A stretch of 20,000 nucleotides of DNA from an uncultured virus (IMG/VR IMGVR_UViG_3300030339_000027). Lineage: Duplodnaviria; Heunggongvirae; Uroviricota; Caudoviricetes. Where the stretch lies: IMG/VR virus record IMGVR_UViG_3300030339_000027; one strand, written 5' to 3'. Made by a program: the position numbers and the translations under genes. Position 1 is the first letter of the stretch, and every line of letters begins with the position of its first letter. Shown here piece by piece: positions 1-10,130 of the stretch. Under the pieces are notes generated by a model. The model was not told where the DNA came from. It ran no database searches and saw nothing but the letters and a program-made list of their open reading frames with translations.

Positions 1-2
1 AG

Positions 3-722
3 TATAAAGAACATCCTCTTCTAAAAAACAATGCTTTTATACATTCATTCGATATTGATAAGAAAAGAGATCCTTTAACTGGTAAAAACAATAAGTTCTA
101 TAAGCTTCCTATGAATATATTAAATGTAAATGAAGCTAATACTCATAAGTTTAATAGTTACTTAATTGGATTTTCAGACTTAGCTAAAATTGAGTATAAT
201 GGAGTTAATATACAGAATTTATTATTCTTATATAATACTTTTATTCACAGGGATAAAATTAATAGAGACTCTTTAACAAAATTGTTTGAATCTTCTACCT
301 CTGGTATTGAACATACTATGATGGGTGATTTTATTAAATGGGCTGGAGATTTTGATTGGAATGAAAAAGAATTACAATCTTTATCCGAATCTAAAGAGTA
401 TGATTATGATATAGACGATATTATAATTAAAGGATTGGCTACTAAGATCTTCTCAAAAAACTTGGATAGAAATGTAGGAAAATATGCTTATGCAGTCTTG
501 TATAATGCTTCTACAGGAGAGTCTACAAAGCAATATTATGAGTGGAACAATAGTGCTAGTACTTATCAAAAATATGATCACTTTAGTAGTGATTTAGCAA
601 TAGCTTCTAGTGCGGGATCACAAATTGGAGTACAAAGAGGAAATGCAAATGACTTTAATGCTACTTTAAGAGAAATCTCAAATAGAGGAATAATAATAAA
701 CAATGTAAAAATAGAATGTTAA
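3..722 (+). CDS. C-terminal part of a large phage protein (5' truncated); by position possibly the virion RNA polymerase or a related cargo protein
   Basis: The frame is open from base 3 (YKEHPLLKNNAFIHSF...) through the listed Met at 111, so the gene starts before the window. It ends ...NNVKIEC-TAA, 1 nt before the next ATG. No catalytic motif is visible. Confidence 0.7.
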   Translation, partial: YKEHPLLKNNAFIHSFDIDKKRDPLTGKNNKFYKLPMNILNVNEANTHKFNSYLIGFSDLAKIEYNGVNIQNLLFLYNTFIHRDKINRDSLTKLFESSTSGIEHTMMGDFIKWAGDFDWNEKELQSLSESKEYDYDIDDIIIKGLATKIFSKNLDRNVGKYAYAVLYNASTGESTKQYYEWNNSASTYQKYDHFSSDLAIASSAGSQIGVQRGNANDFNATLREISNRGIIINNVKIEC

Positions 723-723
723 C

Positions 724-3700
724 ATGGCATGTACACTAACGTTCACTTTAGGTGGAATAAAATATAATATACCTGCAGAAGGTAATCTTGCTGATTATGA
801 CGGAAAAAACCTCACAGATATATTAGGATCTTTAGATTCTCATACACAAATTAATTTATTAGAGAATATTTTAAAATATTCTAACATTCAGCCGTATGAT
901 TATGAAGAAAATCCAACTGTAACTAATTTAATAGCTTCTAATAATATTCCGAATATTAGTGTAAGCAAGTTAACAGAAAAATTAGGAGATTTAGTTTTAC
1001 CTGATGGATCTAATCATTTTAAATTACGTCAAGTAGTTTTAAGTATGTTAAATGAAAAGACTGATAAAATATCTTTAGTTTCTGCACAAATCACAGATGG
1101 TTCCAAAAAAGGACATGGAGTATTTATTTCACAAACTGGAAGTATCTATGTGCATGCTAAACCTAATGATAAAATTGATACTCTTGAGGATTATTTTTTA
1201 GGAAAGGATAGCAAAGTCTTACTAGAACGTCTTGCTCATGAATTAACTCATAGTAAATTAGATGCATTAATGGTTAATCAACCAGAACTTGCCAAGGAAT
1301 TAGTTGAGGAATGGAATTCAAAAAAAGGAGGATTATCTGATGAATTTAAGAGTATTAAAAGTAGTATTGACAAGTTAAAAACAAATGAAGCAAAAGCAAA
1401 CGAAATTATTGCTTATTACTTTAGTGATTTCCAATTACAAGGGGCTTATCAAAGTAAAACACTAGAAGATGCTTTTAAAAGTATGGTTTCAAATATAATT
1501 CCATTAGAAACAATAGTTTCTACTTCTACTCCTGGCTATTTTGATTCTTCCAATCCATATGAGGATTATGACCATTCTAGATATAAGAATCATTGGGATG
1601 ATCCTGTTTGGCAATATAGACATCCTGAATTAGAACCTCCATTCACAGGAGATACTAATGCTTCTCTTCAAAAAATGGTTGCAGAGATAGATCCAACTTC
1701 TGAGAATTACCAAGCAGATAAAGCTAAACAAATCTTAGCTAGATTTAATGCTAATACCTCTGATATTCAAGAAAATTCTGAATTTAAATACCAGAAATAT
1801 GATGTTTCTTATGGAGCACCTATTGTTATTGATGATTTTAATAGAGATATTCAAATCTTAAGATTAGCAGAAAATGACTTGGTATTAGTAAGTAAAGATA
1901 TCTTCCTAAATCCCAAAACAAAAGAATGGGAAGCTAGGCCTACTAAAAAAGGTGAGGAAAAGTCTTCATATCGTCCTGTTATTAGTACTTATATTAATGC
2001 TAATAATGAAGTAATGATTAATCTACCTATTAAAGATGGTAGTGGTAAAACATATTCTCTACCAGCTAAGTTTGTAGAAAGTTTACGTAAATATGATGGA
2101 GATTTAATAGATACTCCTTATAATAAAGAAAAAGCTAAAGAATATGCAGATTGGATGGTTGCTAATGTAAATTCAGCATATGGTGATGATCCTGCCGATA
2201 GTTCTATAATTAGAACTATAGATATTACTTCTAAAACTGGAAAAAGCTTTCAAATTTCAGTGGCTTCTAACTATGAATCTTATGGATTTAAATTTTATAA
2301 CCAAGAATCTGCTAGAGAAATCTATGATGGAGCTGAAGTTGGAGATGTAGTTAAAGTGTTTATAAAAGAAAAAGGAGATAAGAAAGCGGGAGGATATCGC
2401 GCTAAAATACTACGTAAATTTGGAAACTCAGTTGAAGTAGTTACTTCTAAAGGTGCTGTACTTATTGTAAAACCCTCTGCTATCAATGAGGTAATCTATT
2501 TAAAAGAAAATCATCCAGACTTTTTATCACAAGTAGAAAATATTGATAAAGGGACTATTAGCCAAGATCTTATTGATGATGGTAATAGTCAATTTAGAAA
2601 ATATCGTAAAGTAAATTTTGTATCACAAAATAAAAAAGATGGGGAATTTCAAGATAAGATTAATGATTATTTTGATATTTATTCAAAAGAAGATTCTGCT
2701 ATTAAAGTAGAGAGACGTCGCGCTGAAGTTAAAAAACTTAAAGCCGGAGATCTTATAAAGGTTAAATGGTATTACACAGATACAAAAACTAAAGAAGATA
2801 GAGAAGTGTCACACTGGTATCCAGTAGTTACTAAAACCTCTGATTTAGTTTACTATTACAATTCTACTTCTGAGAAAGTATCTTCTGTGAATATTTTAGA
2901 TGGTAAAGGATATGAAATCTATGGATTAGCTATAAATAATACAAATTCTTCTAAATTATTTGATGAATTTAATGAAATCAGAAAAAGTATAGAAGGATTA
3001 CGTAGAGATGATACTGGTACATTACTCTCAGATGATGCTATTAAAAATAACTTAGGAGAAGCTCTTAGAAATGCAGAACCATCTAGTTTACAAGACATTT
3101 ATCATATCACAGAAATAGAAGATGTAGATGAAGTAGCAGCTGGAGAAGATAATGACCTTAAATTATCAGTATCTCAAGTACAAAGAGGTAGTATTGTTAA
3201 AGCCTATGTATTTGATATAGATGAAGAAGGTAGAGACAAAAAAACTAAAATTTATAAATGGTTTGTAGTAACTGGCTTTGATGAAAACACTGGAAGACCT
3301 ATATGTGTTACACAAACTAAAGATAAAAATGGTAAAACTGGTGTATATAAAGAATATCCAATTGAATTTCAGAATATTAAAGCAATAGGTCATAGATTAA
3401 CTGATAATGCTGATTTAGGAATTTATGGAAATAAAACTCTAAAAGAATACTTAGATAAGTTAAGAAAAACTTTTGATACTATTAGTGAACCTATTTTTAT
3501 TACTCAAGCTGAAACTCCTAAATATGAGAGATCAAATAGAACTTTTAACACAGCTTTATATGGTTTACTTAAAAACGGAAAGATGGGTTATGCAGTGTCT
3601 GATAAATATGTAATAGAACAATTTAAAGATAAGACTGATTTTGAAGAATGGAAGAAAAATACACCAGAAGCTAAAGGATTAACCTGGACTTATACTGAAC

Positions 3701-4908
3701 CTAAGTTGTATATTTTAAGAGGTAAACAATATATGAAGAAACTCTATATGAATTACTTAGAAGTACACGGTTTACTTAATTATGAACCCAACATACATGA
3801 TAGTGTAAGAATTGGTGATATAGTTACTGAAACATGGAAGTACCAAGGAGATGATGTTAAAATGGACTCTATGATTACTGCTAAAACTCCTACAGGATTA
3901 TGGGTGGAACGTTTAGGAAAAAGTCCTTCAGGGGATTCTATTTCGGTTAGAAAAAAGATATATAGACATAGAGAAGGAGTTGAATATCCTCAGATCTCAG
4001 ATGTATACTTACATAAAAAACGTGATACTACCTCAACTTCTAGAGAAGACGCTAAAAGTAGACAAACTAATCTTTTAATTGGTAATACTCAGTATGAAGA
4101 GAAGATTAAAAATCTAGATCAGGAAACTAAAGAAAGAAAAGCAAGTACTTTAAAAAAACCACTTAAAGCTTCTTTAGATACTGATAATTTCTATAAGAGT
4201 AGAGATTCGGAAAGTAAGATTATGGAAATTGTAGATAAACTACAATCTACTTATAATGTGCCTATTATAATGCTTAGAACTAATGAGATTGCTCAAAGTT
4301 TTGGTGATATTTTAGGAACTGATGCTACTAAAGTTAGAGGATTTATAAATGAGGGTAAAGTTTATATAAATTTAGATAAAGCTTCTTCTGCAGAACCTCT
4401 ACATGAGATGGCACATATTATATTAGAGAGTATTAAAGCCAATGACTATAATTTATATCAAACGGTTATTAATTCTGTTAAGTCTCATCCATACTATGAT
4501 GCTATAGCTAAAAATTATCCTAATAGGGCCCCGGAAGACTTAGATGAAGAAGTATTTGTTTCTATTTTTGGAGAAAAATATAGAACAGTTACTCATAATC
4601 AATATAATAAGTCTTGGTATGATCAAAATGAAAGTATATTTACAAATATCTGGAATTATATGAAAAATACTTTTGCTTCTATTTTTGACAATAAATCTAT
4701 CTTGGATATTCCAAATGAAAAGCTTGCTATGATGCCTTTAGACGAATTAATTAGTACCTTTGGGGACAATTTGATGGAAGGTAAATTTAAACACGTTTTA
4801 AATTATGATACATCAACTCTTGAGAGAAAAGTGACCAATTTAAAGACAAATCTTTTATCAAATGAAGATGAATCAGAAAGTTACCTTAGAAAAACTTGTA
4901 ATACTTAA
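724..4908 (+). CDS. Large (1394 aa) putative virion cargo protein with two zincin-like HExxH domains and internal SH3/KOW-like repeats
   Basis: LAHELTH at 1237-1251 with downstream ANEIIA. PLHEMAH at 4402-4416 preceded by RGFINEGKVYINLD and followed by DEEVFV. Repeated (G/N)D/S-hydrophobic beta-strand motifs lie between them. Confidence 0.8.
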   Translation: MACTLTFTLGGIKYNIPAEGNLADYDGKNLTDILGSLDSHTQINLLENILKYSNIQPYDYEENPTVTNLIASNNIPNISVSKLTEKLGDLVLPDGSNHFKLRQVVLSMLNEKTDKISLVSAQITDGSKKGHGVFISQTGSIYVHAKPNDKIDTLEDYFLGKDSKVLLERLAHELTHSKLDALMVNQPELAKELVEEWNSKKGGLSDEFKSIKSSIDKLKTNEAKANEIIAYYFSDFQLQGAYQSKTLEDAFKSMVSNIIPLETIVSTSTPGYFDSSNPYEDYDHSRYKNHWDDPVWQYRHPELEPPFTGDTNASLQKMVAEIDPTSENYQADKAKQILARFNANTSDIQENSEFKYQKYDVSYGAPIVIDDFNRDIQILRLAENDLVLVSKDIFLNPKTKEWEARPTKKGEEKSSYRPVISTYINANNEVMINLPIKDGSGKTYSLPAKFVESLRKYDGDLIDTPYNKEKAKEYADWMVANVNSAYGDDPADSSIIRTIDITSKTGKSFQISVASNYESYGFKFYNQESAREIYDGAEVGDVVKVFIKEKGDKKAGGYRAKILRKFGNSVEVVTSKGAVLIVKPSAINEVIYLKENHPDFLSQVENIDKGTISQDLIDDGNSQFRKYRKVNFVSQNKKDGEFQDKINDYFDIYSKEDSAIKVERRRAEVKKLKAGDLIKVKWYYTDTKTKEDREVSHWYPVVTKTSDLVYYYNSTSEKVSSVNILDGKGYEIYGLAINNTNSSKLFDEFNEIRKSIEGLRRDDTGTLLSDDAIKNNLGEALRNAEPSSLQDIYHITEIEDVDEVAAGEDNDLKLSVSQVQRGSIVKAYVFDIDEEGRDKKTKIYKWFVVTGFDENTGRPICVTQTKDKNGKTGVYKEYPIEFQNIKAIGHRLTDNADLGIYGNKTLKEYLDKLRKTFDTISEPIFITQAETPKYERSNRTFNTALYGLLKNGKMGYAVSDKYVIEQFKDKTDFEEWKKNTPEAKGLTWTYTEPKLYILRGKQYMKKLYMNYLEVHGLLNYEPNIHDSVRIGDIVTETWKYQGDDVKMDSMITAKTPTGLWVERLGKSPSGDSISVRKKIYRHREGVEYPQISDVYLHKKRDTTSTSREDAKSRQTNLLIGNTQYEEKIKNLDQETKERKASTLKKPLKASLDTDNFYKSRDSESKIMEIVDKLQSTYNVPIIMLRTNEIAQSFGDILGTDATKVRGFINEGKVYINLDKASSAEPLHEMAHIILESIKANDYNLYQTVINSVKSHPYYDAIAKNYPNRAPEDLDEEVFVSIFGEKYRTVTHNQYNKSWYDQNESIFTNIWNYMKNTFASIFDNKSILDIPNEKLAMMPLDELISTFGDNLMEGKFKHVLNYDTSTLERKVTNLKTNLLSNEDESESYLRKTCNT

Positions 4909-4918
4909 AATAATATAA

Positions 4919-7900
4919 ATGAGTAAATGTAAATTCACCTTAACAGTAAAAGGTAATAATATAGAATTTGATACTGAAGAACAATTAAATTCATATCTTA
5001 AAACCAATTATGACACTCTTTCTAGAGGTCATATTGGCGGAGATGTGGAATTATCTACTGTATTAGAAGGGAAAGAAAAGACAAAATTAGAACAAACTGT
5101 GGCTAAATTACAAACCATTGCTTCAAAGACTCCTGAGATAACTACTGTAGAGTTTAACGAGAATGGTGAGAGAGTAATTAAATCAGCCTATGAAGGTGTT
5201 ACTAAAAGAATAAAGCGTCTTGCAAAAGCCGGGGGATTACCTGTGACTTATTATGATGAAAAAAATTATATTGATAATAGATTGATTCAAATACGAAGCG
5301 CACTTCGTAGGGGGGTAGGTCCGGAAACTTTAAAGGCAGACTATGCTAATATTATCTCTAAATTTACCACAGGAGTTGAGCAATTAAAAGGAGCAGAGTC
5401 TGAAACTTATGATAAGCTAACTAAAGCTCTTATTATGCCTTTAATTATTAAAGAACAGGCACAAAGAAAATTATTGGGAACATTTGGAACAAACTTACAT
5501 AGAATGGCAGAGACATACTTTGCAAACAGATTAGAAAACTCAGATAAGTCTTTTTCCATTGGTAATTTCCCCGCAGGTATTACAAATCTTTCTACAGAAG
5601 GAAAAGAAAATTATTTACAGTATTTAAAAGAATTAACTAACTTTTTAAAGTCAGAACATGGAGATGATGTAGTTCTTCTCCCAGAATATAAAATATTTGA
5701 TGATGCTACCAAATTAGTAGGAATTATTGACTTATTAGCAATAGATAGTATGGGTAAAGTTCATATTTATGACTTTAAAGCCTCATATAAAGATCCTTCT
5801 GATTGGCATTCAGCTAAACAGATTGAATTTAAATATCAATTAGGCATTTATTCTAATATGTTGAAAAATAAAGGATTTGATGTACGTGGAATACAGGTTT
5901 TACCTATTACCATGCTTGATATTAATTTTGATGATGAAACTATTCCAAGATTAGCCGAACATCTTCCTTTTGATGCAAGTCCCTCTGAAGATATTAAATA
6001 TAATATCAATAATAGTGTTATTCCTTTAACAACTGCTGCTTTCTTTGAATCTACATCTAATAGTCATGCTATTATCACTGAAAATCTAAAAAAGGCTTGG
6101 GGATACAATTTAAAATTAAAATCATCCTACGCTAATGTTCAAGCTTTTAAAGATAGTAGTAGAGTTACAACTGATATAAATAAACCTGGAGTATTCACTT
6201 TCTGGGATAATATTAAACGTAAGTTTATTGATAATACTGCTGAGAGTTTAGATAAAAACATTGAGAATTACTTAAAATCAGAAGCTGAGGCAACCTCTTC
6301 TGAGTTACTCCGTTTTAAAGATTGGATGATTGCCTCTATTGCTGGGAAAAAACAACTTATAGACTTCAAAAGAAGAAGTGAGATAGGTAATATTCATATG
6401 GTAAGAGCTTTTGAAAAATATACTAAAGGAGGATGGACTTTAGTTGCAGATGATGCAGATCTAGATAGTTTAGGACTTTTAATGTTTGTAAATGAATCTA
6501 ATAAGTCCGTAGAATTTGTATCTTATACAGTAAATGCTTTAAATAAAAAGGTTAAACTTCCAATTGGTTCTACTATAGTAGGAAACTTTATTTCTGATGG
6601 TAAAGGACTTGAATTACCTGATTTATTACCAGCTACAAATGGCAACATAGAATTATTAAAGACTTATTTCTATATTAATGAAAATGCAGAAAAATTAAAA
6701 GATTTTACTGTAGGTAGAGTTATGGCTTATAATCCAATTAATTCTGAATTTGTAGTAAATAACAATGATGTGCTTAAAACTAATTTTGGATATTTAATCT
6801 CTAGATTAGAAGGTAAAAATACAACTTTAGAAGTAAATACTACTGATAAATTATTAGCTCTTCATAATCAATTTGTTGAAATTATAACTGAACCTTCTAC
6901 TTCACAATCAGAAAAAGATTTAGTGAATAAATACTTAACCACTTTAAATGATTACCAGAACACTGGCCGTATGGAGAGTCTTAAAATTATACAAAAAGAT
7001 TTACATATGTTATTGAACAAATATGGTCAACATAAAGTAAATAGTTTTATGTTATTTGAGGAAAAACTCTATGGTATGATCAGTGAGGCTATTGTAGCAG
7101 AAGCTGACTTAAGAATTTCTACCTCAGAAAAAGATATTCCTAAATATAGTGCAAATGGTACTATGCTTTCTAATCCTGGAAGTATTGGCTCTCGTAATTT
7201 ACGTGTATTTGTGGATGTAATTAAGTTATCTATGCATAAAATACGTAGAAGACAAACTGAATTCAAAGCAACTAACGTTGAGATCTTTGATAAGTATCTA
7301 ACTTCTAAAGGAAAAACTAATTTACGTAGAGCTACTGTTGGAGACAACATTAGGGCTTATGATTCTTTGTTTGAGGGAAATTCTCCTAATAAAGAACTTA
7401 TTTTAAAGAATCCATATGATAAAAATACTCCACTAAATAATGAGGAAAGAGAATTTTTAAAGTATTTCTTAAAAGAAATTAATTTTAGAAGATTTAACAC
7501 TCAATCTCTTGATTCTGAAACAGCTCAAGACATGATTTCAAGTAAGGAATGGTTTAAATTGCCTTTATTAAGAGCATCTAGTTCTTCAAAAGCTTCTAAT
7601 ATGAGTCTTAAAGGATTAAGAGATGCTACTACAGAAAATTGGAATAGTTTCTTAAATACTAATCACTTATTTGATGAGAAAGATGAACAAGCTGTAAAAA
7701 ACAGAAGTGAGGATATGTTTACTATGTTTAATGAGTTTAATTTTCATGCACATCCTGATGCTCGTATGAAATTGATCGAGCAGCAGAGTCCTAATGCATT
7801 TGAAACTAATTTAGAGAGAGTTTTAGACAATTTTGTATTTTCCGCTATTAGAAAAGAAGAATATGATGACATGTTACCTATTGCTAATGCTGTACGTACT

Positions 7901-9349
7901 ACTATCGCTTATAATGGATTTGGAGTAAACATTCCAGTTCCTAATGCCTTAGAATTTATGGATAAGTACTCACAAGCAGCTGTTTTCAATGAAAAATCTA
8001 TACCACCTGAATTAAGAGGAGTATACAAAGGGATTAGTATAATTAAGGATATTACTAGTAAAATGAACTTAGGTATTAACCCATTAAGTGGTTTTGTTAA
8101 TACTTTACAGGGTTTATGGGGTAATGTGTCTAGAATTACTGCTGGTAAGTACCCAAACATGTTCGGAAAAGAAGATTATTTTTGGGCTTTGAATCATTTT
8201 TGCAAAGATTCCTCTGAATCTATGACTAAATTGACTGTTTTGGAGAATTTAAACATGATTTATGGTATCAATAATATGGATATTAATATCCTCTCAGAGG
8301 TCATGTCAAAGAATAATAGTGGTCTTTTAAACTTCAAATCCAAGTATTTATACTGGATGGCGTATGCTCCTGACTATTTTAATCGTATGACTCTTTTTAT
8401 TGCTCAAATGCATAAAGATGGTTGTTTTGAAGCTCATAAGATGGTTGGAAACCAAATGGTATATGATTGGACACTTGATAAAAGATTCTCTGAGTATGCT
8501 AAAGGAAACACTTCACACCCAGACTATAATAATCAATTCTCTTTATATATGGCTGTTTTAGCTGATTTTAATAAAGAAGGGTATGCCTTAACAAAAGGAC
8601 AAGCACTACCTTATGCTTATACTGGAGCGCAAAGAGAGAGTATGAAAATGTTCTCTGATAGTATTCATGGTTACTATGACCATGAAAGTAAAACACTTGC
8701 AAATAATACTATTTTAGGGGTTTTATTCTTTCAGTTTAAGACCTGGATTACTGCTAAAAAAGATCAATGGGCTCTTCATCCTGATACATATGCTATTGGG
8801 GATTATGGACCACTTGTCTTAGATGGGGTAAAGCAATTTATAGATAAAGATGGAAATCAGACTACTGAAGATACTGGTATGCCTATGATGAAAATGCAAG
8901 GCTCTTTTCAAGAGGGTATATTATATTCATTAAAAGGTATGGCTCAAGATTTTCAAGAAGCTAAATGGGATATTGGTAAATTATGGGAAATGACGAAAGA
9001 ACATCCTGAGAGAATGTCTAATATGAAATTAATGCTTTTTGATTTAGGAGTAGTTATAGCTATGGCAATTACAACAGGTCTTATTGATTGGGATCAACTA
9101 AAAAAAGATGACACTTATGCTTATACTATGTATAGAGCCATTATCAGATCTAGTTCAGATTTAAATGTTTTAAATAACGTTACCACTGTATTAGATATGA
9201 AAAAGTCACCATTTATGTCGTTTAACTATATGGGAGATTTAATTTATGGGATGGGACCTGTATTAACAGGTGATCAAGATTTCTCTAAATATCTCTTCAC
9301 AAATACTGGTCTTTTGAGGCCGTTTACACCGCTGCTTGCAACAAAGTAA
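4919..9349 (+). CDS. Large (1476 aa) putative virion cargo protein with an N-proximal PD-(D/E)XK (RecB-like) nuclease domain and a hydrophobic C-terminus
   Basis: Motifs FGTNLH, PEYKI, GIIDLL, IYDFKAS and QLGIY at ~5483-5851. Hydrophobic segment LMLFDLGVVIAMAITTGLI at ~9029-9085. Confidence 0.8.
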   Translation: MSKCKFTLTVKGNNIEFDTEEQLNSYLKTNYDTLSRGHIGGDVELSTVLEGKEKTKLEQTVAKLQTIASKTPEITTVEFNENGERVIKSAYEGVTKRIKRLAKAGGLPVTYYDEKNYIDNRLIQIRSALRRGVGPETLKADYANIISKFTTGVEQLKGAESETYDKLTKALIMPLIIKEQAQRKLLGTFGTNLHRMAETYFANRLENSDKSFSIGNFPAGITNLSTEGKENYLQYLKELTNFLKSEHGDDVVLLPEYKIFDDATKLVGIIDLLAIDSMGKVHIYDFKASYKDPSDWHSAKQIEFKYQLGIYSNMLKNKGFDVRGIQVLPITMLDINFDDETIPRLAEHLPFDASPSEDIKYNINNSVIPLTTAAFFESTSNSHAIITENLKKAWGYNLKLKSSYANVQAFKDSSRVTTDINKPGVFTFWDNIKRKFIDNTAESLDKNIENYLKSEAEATSSELLRFKDWMIASIAGKKQLIDFKRRSEIGNIHMVRAFEKYTKGGWTLVADDADLDSLGLLMFVNESNKSVEFVSYTVNALNKKVKLPIGSTIVGNFISDGKGLELPDLLPATNGNIELLKTYFYINENAEKLKDFTVGRVMAYNPINSEFVVNNNDVLKTNFGYLISRLEGKNTTLEVNTTDKLLALHNQFVEIITEPSTSQSEKDLVNKYLTTLNDYQNTGRMESLKIIQKDLHMLLNKYGQHKVNSFMLFEEKLYGMISEAIVAEADLRISTSEKDIPKYSANGTMLSNPGSIGSRNLRVFVDVIKLSMHKIRRRQTEFKATNVEIFDKYLTSKGKTNLRRATVGDNIRAYDSLFEGNSPNKELILKNPYDKNTPLNNEEREFLKYFLKEINFRRFNTQSLDSETAQDMISSKEWFKLPLLRASSSSKASNMSLKGLRDATTENWNSFLNTNHLFDEKDEQAVKNRSEDMFTMFNEFNFHAHPDARMKLIEQQSPNAFETNLERVLDNFVFSAIRKEEYDDMLPIANAVRTTIAYNGFGVNIPVPNALEFMDKYSQAAVFNEKSIPPELRGVYKGISIIKDITSKMNLGINPLSGFVNTLQGLWGNVSRITAGKYPNMFGKEDYFWALNHFCKDSSESMTKLTVLENLNMIYGINNMDINILSEVMSKNNSGLLNFKSKYLYWMAYAPDYFNRMTLFIAQMHKDGCFEAHKMVGNQMVYDWTLDKRFSEYAKGNTSHPDYNNQFSLYMAVLADFNKEGYALTKGQALPYAYTGAQRESMKMFSDSIHGYYDHESKTLANNTILGVLFFQFKTWITAKKDQWALHPDTYAIGDYGPLVLDGVKQFIDKDGNQTTEDTGMPMMKMQGSFQEGILYSLKGMAQDFQEAKWDIGKLWEMTKEHPERMSNMKLMLFDLGVVIAMAITTGLIDWDQLKKDDTYAYTMYRAIIRSSSDLNVLNNVTTVLDMKKSPFMSFNYMGDLIYGMGPVLTGDQDFSKYLFTNTGLLRPFTPLLATK

Positions 9350-9388
9350 AAAAATAGCCCCTTAGAAATTTCTTTCTAAGGGGCTTTT
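9348..9388. terminator. Intrinsic terminator, probably bidirectional, between the convergent modules
   Basis: Perfect 13-bp inverted repeat AGCCCCTTAGAAA (9356-9368) / TTTCTAAGGGGCT (9373-9385), with a 4-nt loop (GAAA on the minus strand). A7 lies on the left and a short T-run on the right. Confidence 0.9.
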
Positions 9389-9392
9389 AATT

Positions 9393-10079
9393 TTATGAGG
9401 AAAACATTTTAAAATATTCAGTGATTGAGGTACCTAAAGCATCTACAAAACCTTTTTTAGCTCGATCTGAATGTTTAGTACCATCAAACCAATCTTTTAC
9501 TGTACCTGTGCCAAGTAAATGAGCTGCAGCAGCCATTCCATTCTCTGTAATTGGTATTCCTTTGAAACTAGTGCCTATATACTTCAAGTAAGGGGTCAAC
9601 TTTTTAAGATTAATAGTTTTATAATTCAAAGCAGCATTATGTTGTGCATTTAAATCTGTATCATAATCTTGAGCAAGAATACCCACAGTTTTTAAACTAT
9701 CATCATTAAATTGATATAGTCCTCTGTAAGATCCTTGTGTAGCAGTAGGTATTAAAGAGGATTCTCTTAATCCTAATTTATATAAATAGTCTTTATTATA
9801 CTCAGAAGTAGGTAACTGCTTTATTGATTGTATACTCTGTTGGACAGTTGGATTATTGGTATTAAAAGGGACTTTTTTCTTTACAGGATAAGGAGTTTCT
9901 TCAGTAGGTCCATCTATTTCAGTCGATCCACCAGCTATTCCAGGTAATCCTGCCATAAAGTCCATATATTCTTTTAAATAAGGAGAGGGTTCTGGTATAG
10001 TAGAATCTATGCTTGTGGGTTTCACACCATTACGATAATTATTGATTTTTTCTTTAGAGGATTGATTAAGTAGGTCCAT
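9393..10079 (-). CDS. Lysozyme-like / lytic transglycosylase-fold peptidoglycan hydrolase
   Basis: Catalytic-helix LRESS, then GLYQF, AAAAHLLGTG and DALGTSITEY motifs. The N-terminal ~75 aa are Pro-rich and low-complexity. Confidence 0.8.
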   Translation of the reverse strand: MDLLNQSSKEKINNYRNGVKPTSIDSTIPEPSPYLKEYMDFMAGLPGIAGGSTEIDGPTEETPYPVKKKVPFNTNNPTVQQSIQSIKQLPTSEYNKDYLYKLGLRESSLIPTATQGSYRGLYQFNDDSLKTVGILAQDYDTDLNAQHNAALNYKTINLKKLTPYLKYIGTSFKGIPITENGMAAAAHLLGTGTVKDWFDGTKHSDRAKKGFVDALGTSITEYFKMFSS

Positions 10080-10099
10080 GTTCTTAGTTTTTGTTCAGA

Positions 10100-10130
10100 C
10101 AAAAATACGAAAAAAAAATACCCCACGCAA
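10100..10130 (-). promoter_or_regulatory. Bacteroidota primary-sigma promoter (-33 TTG / -7 TAnnTTTG)
   Basis: On the minus strand: TTG (10130-10128), a 20-nt spacer, then TATTTTTG (10107-10100), 20 nt upstream of the ATG at 10079. Confidence 0.7.

Noticed and set aside
3166..8160. Antisense ORFs 3166-3393, 7069-7350 and 7909-8160
   Set aside because: Short shadows inside long motif-bearing genes, with no recognisable motifs.
3..9349. Definitive RNA polymerase call for one of the large proteins
   Set aside because: No DxDxD catalytic motif in a convincing double-psi-barrel context. YDYDID at ~399-416 is isolated near a C-terminus; any catalytic region probably lies upstream of the window.
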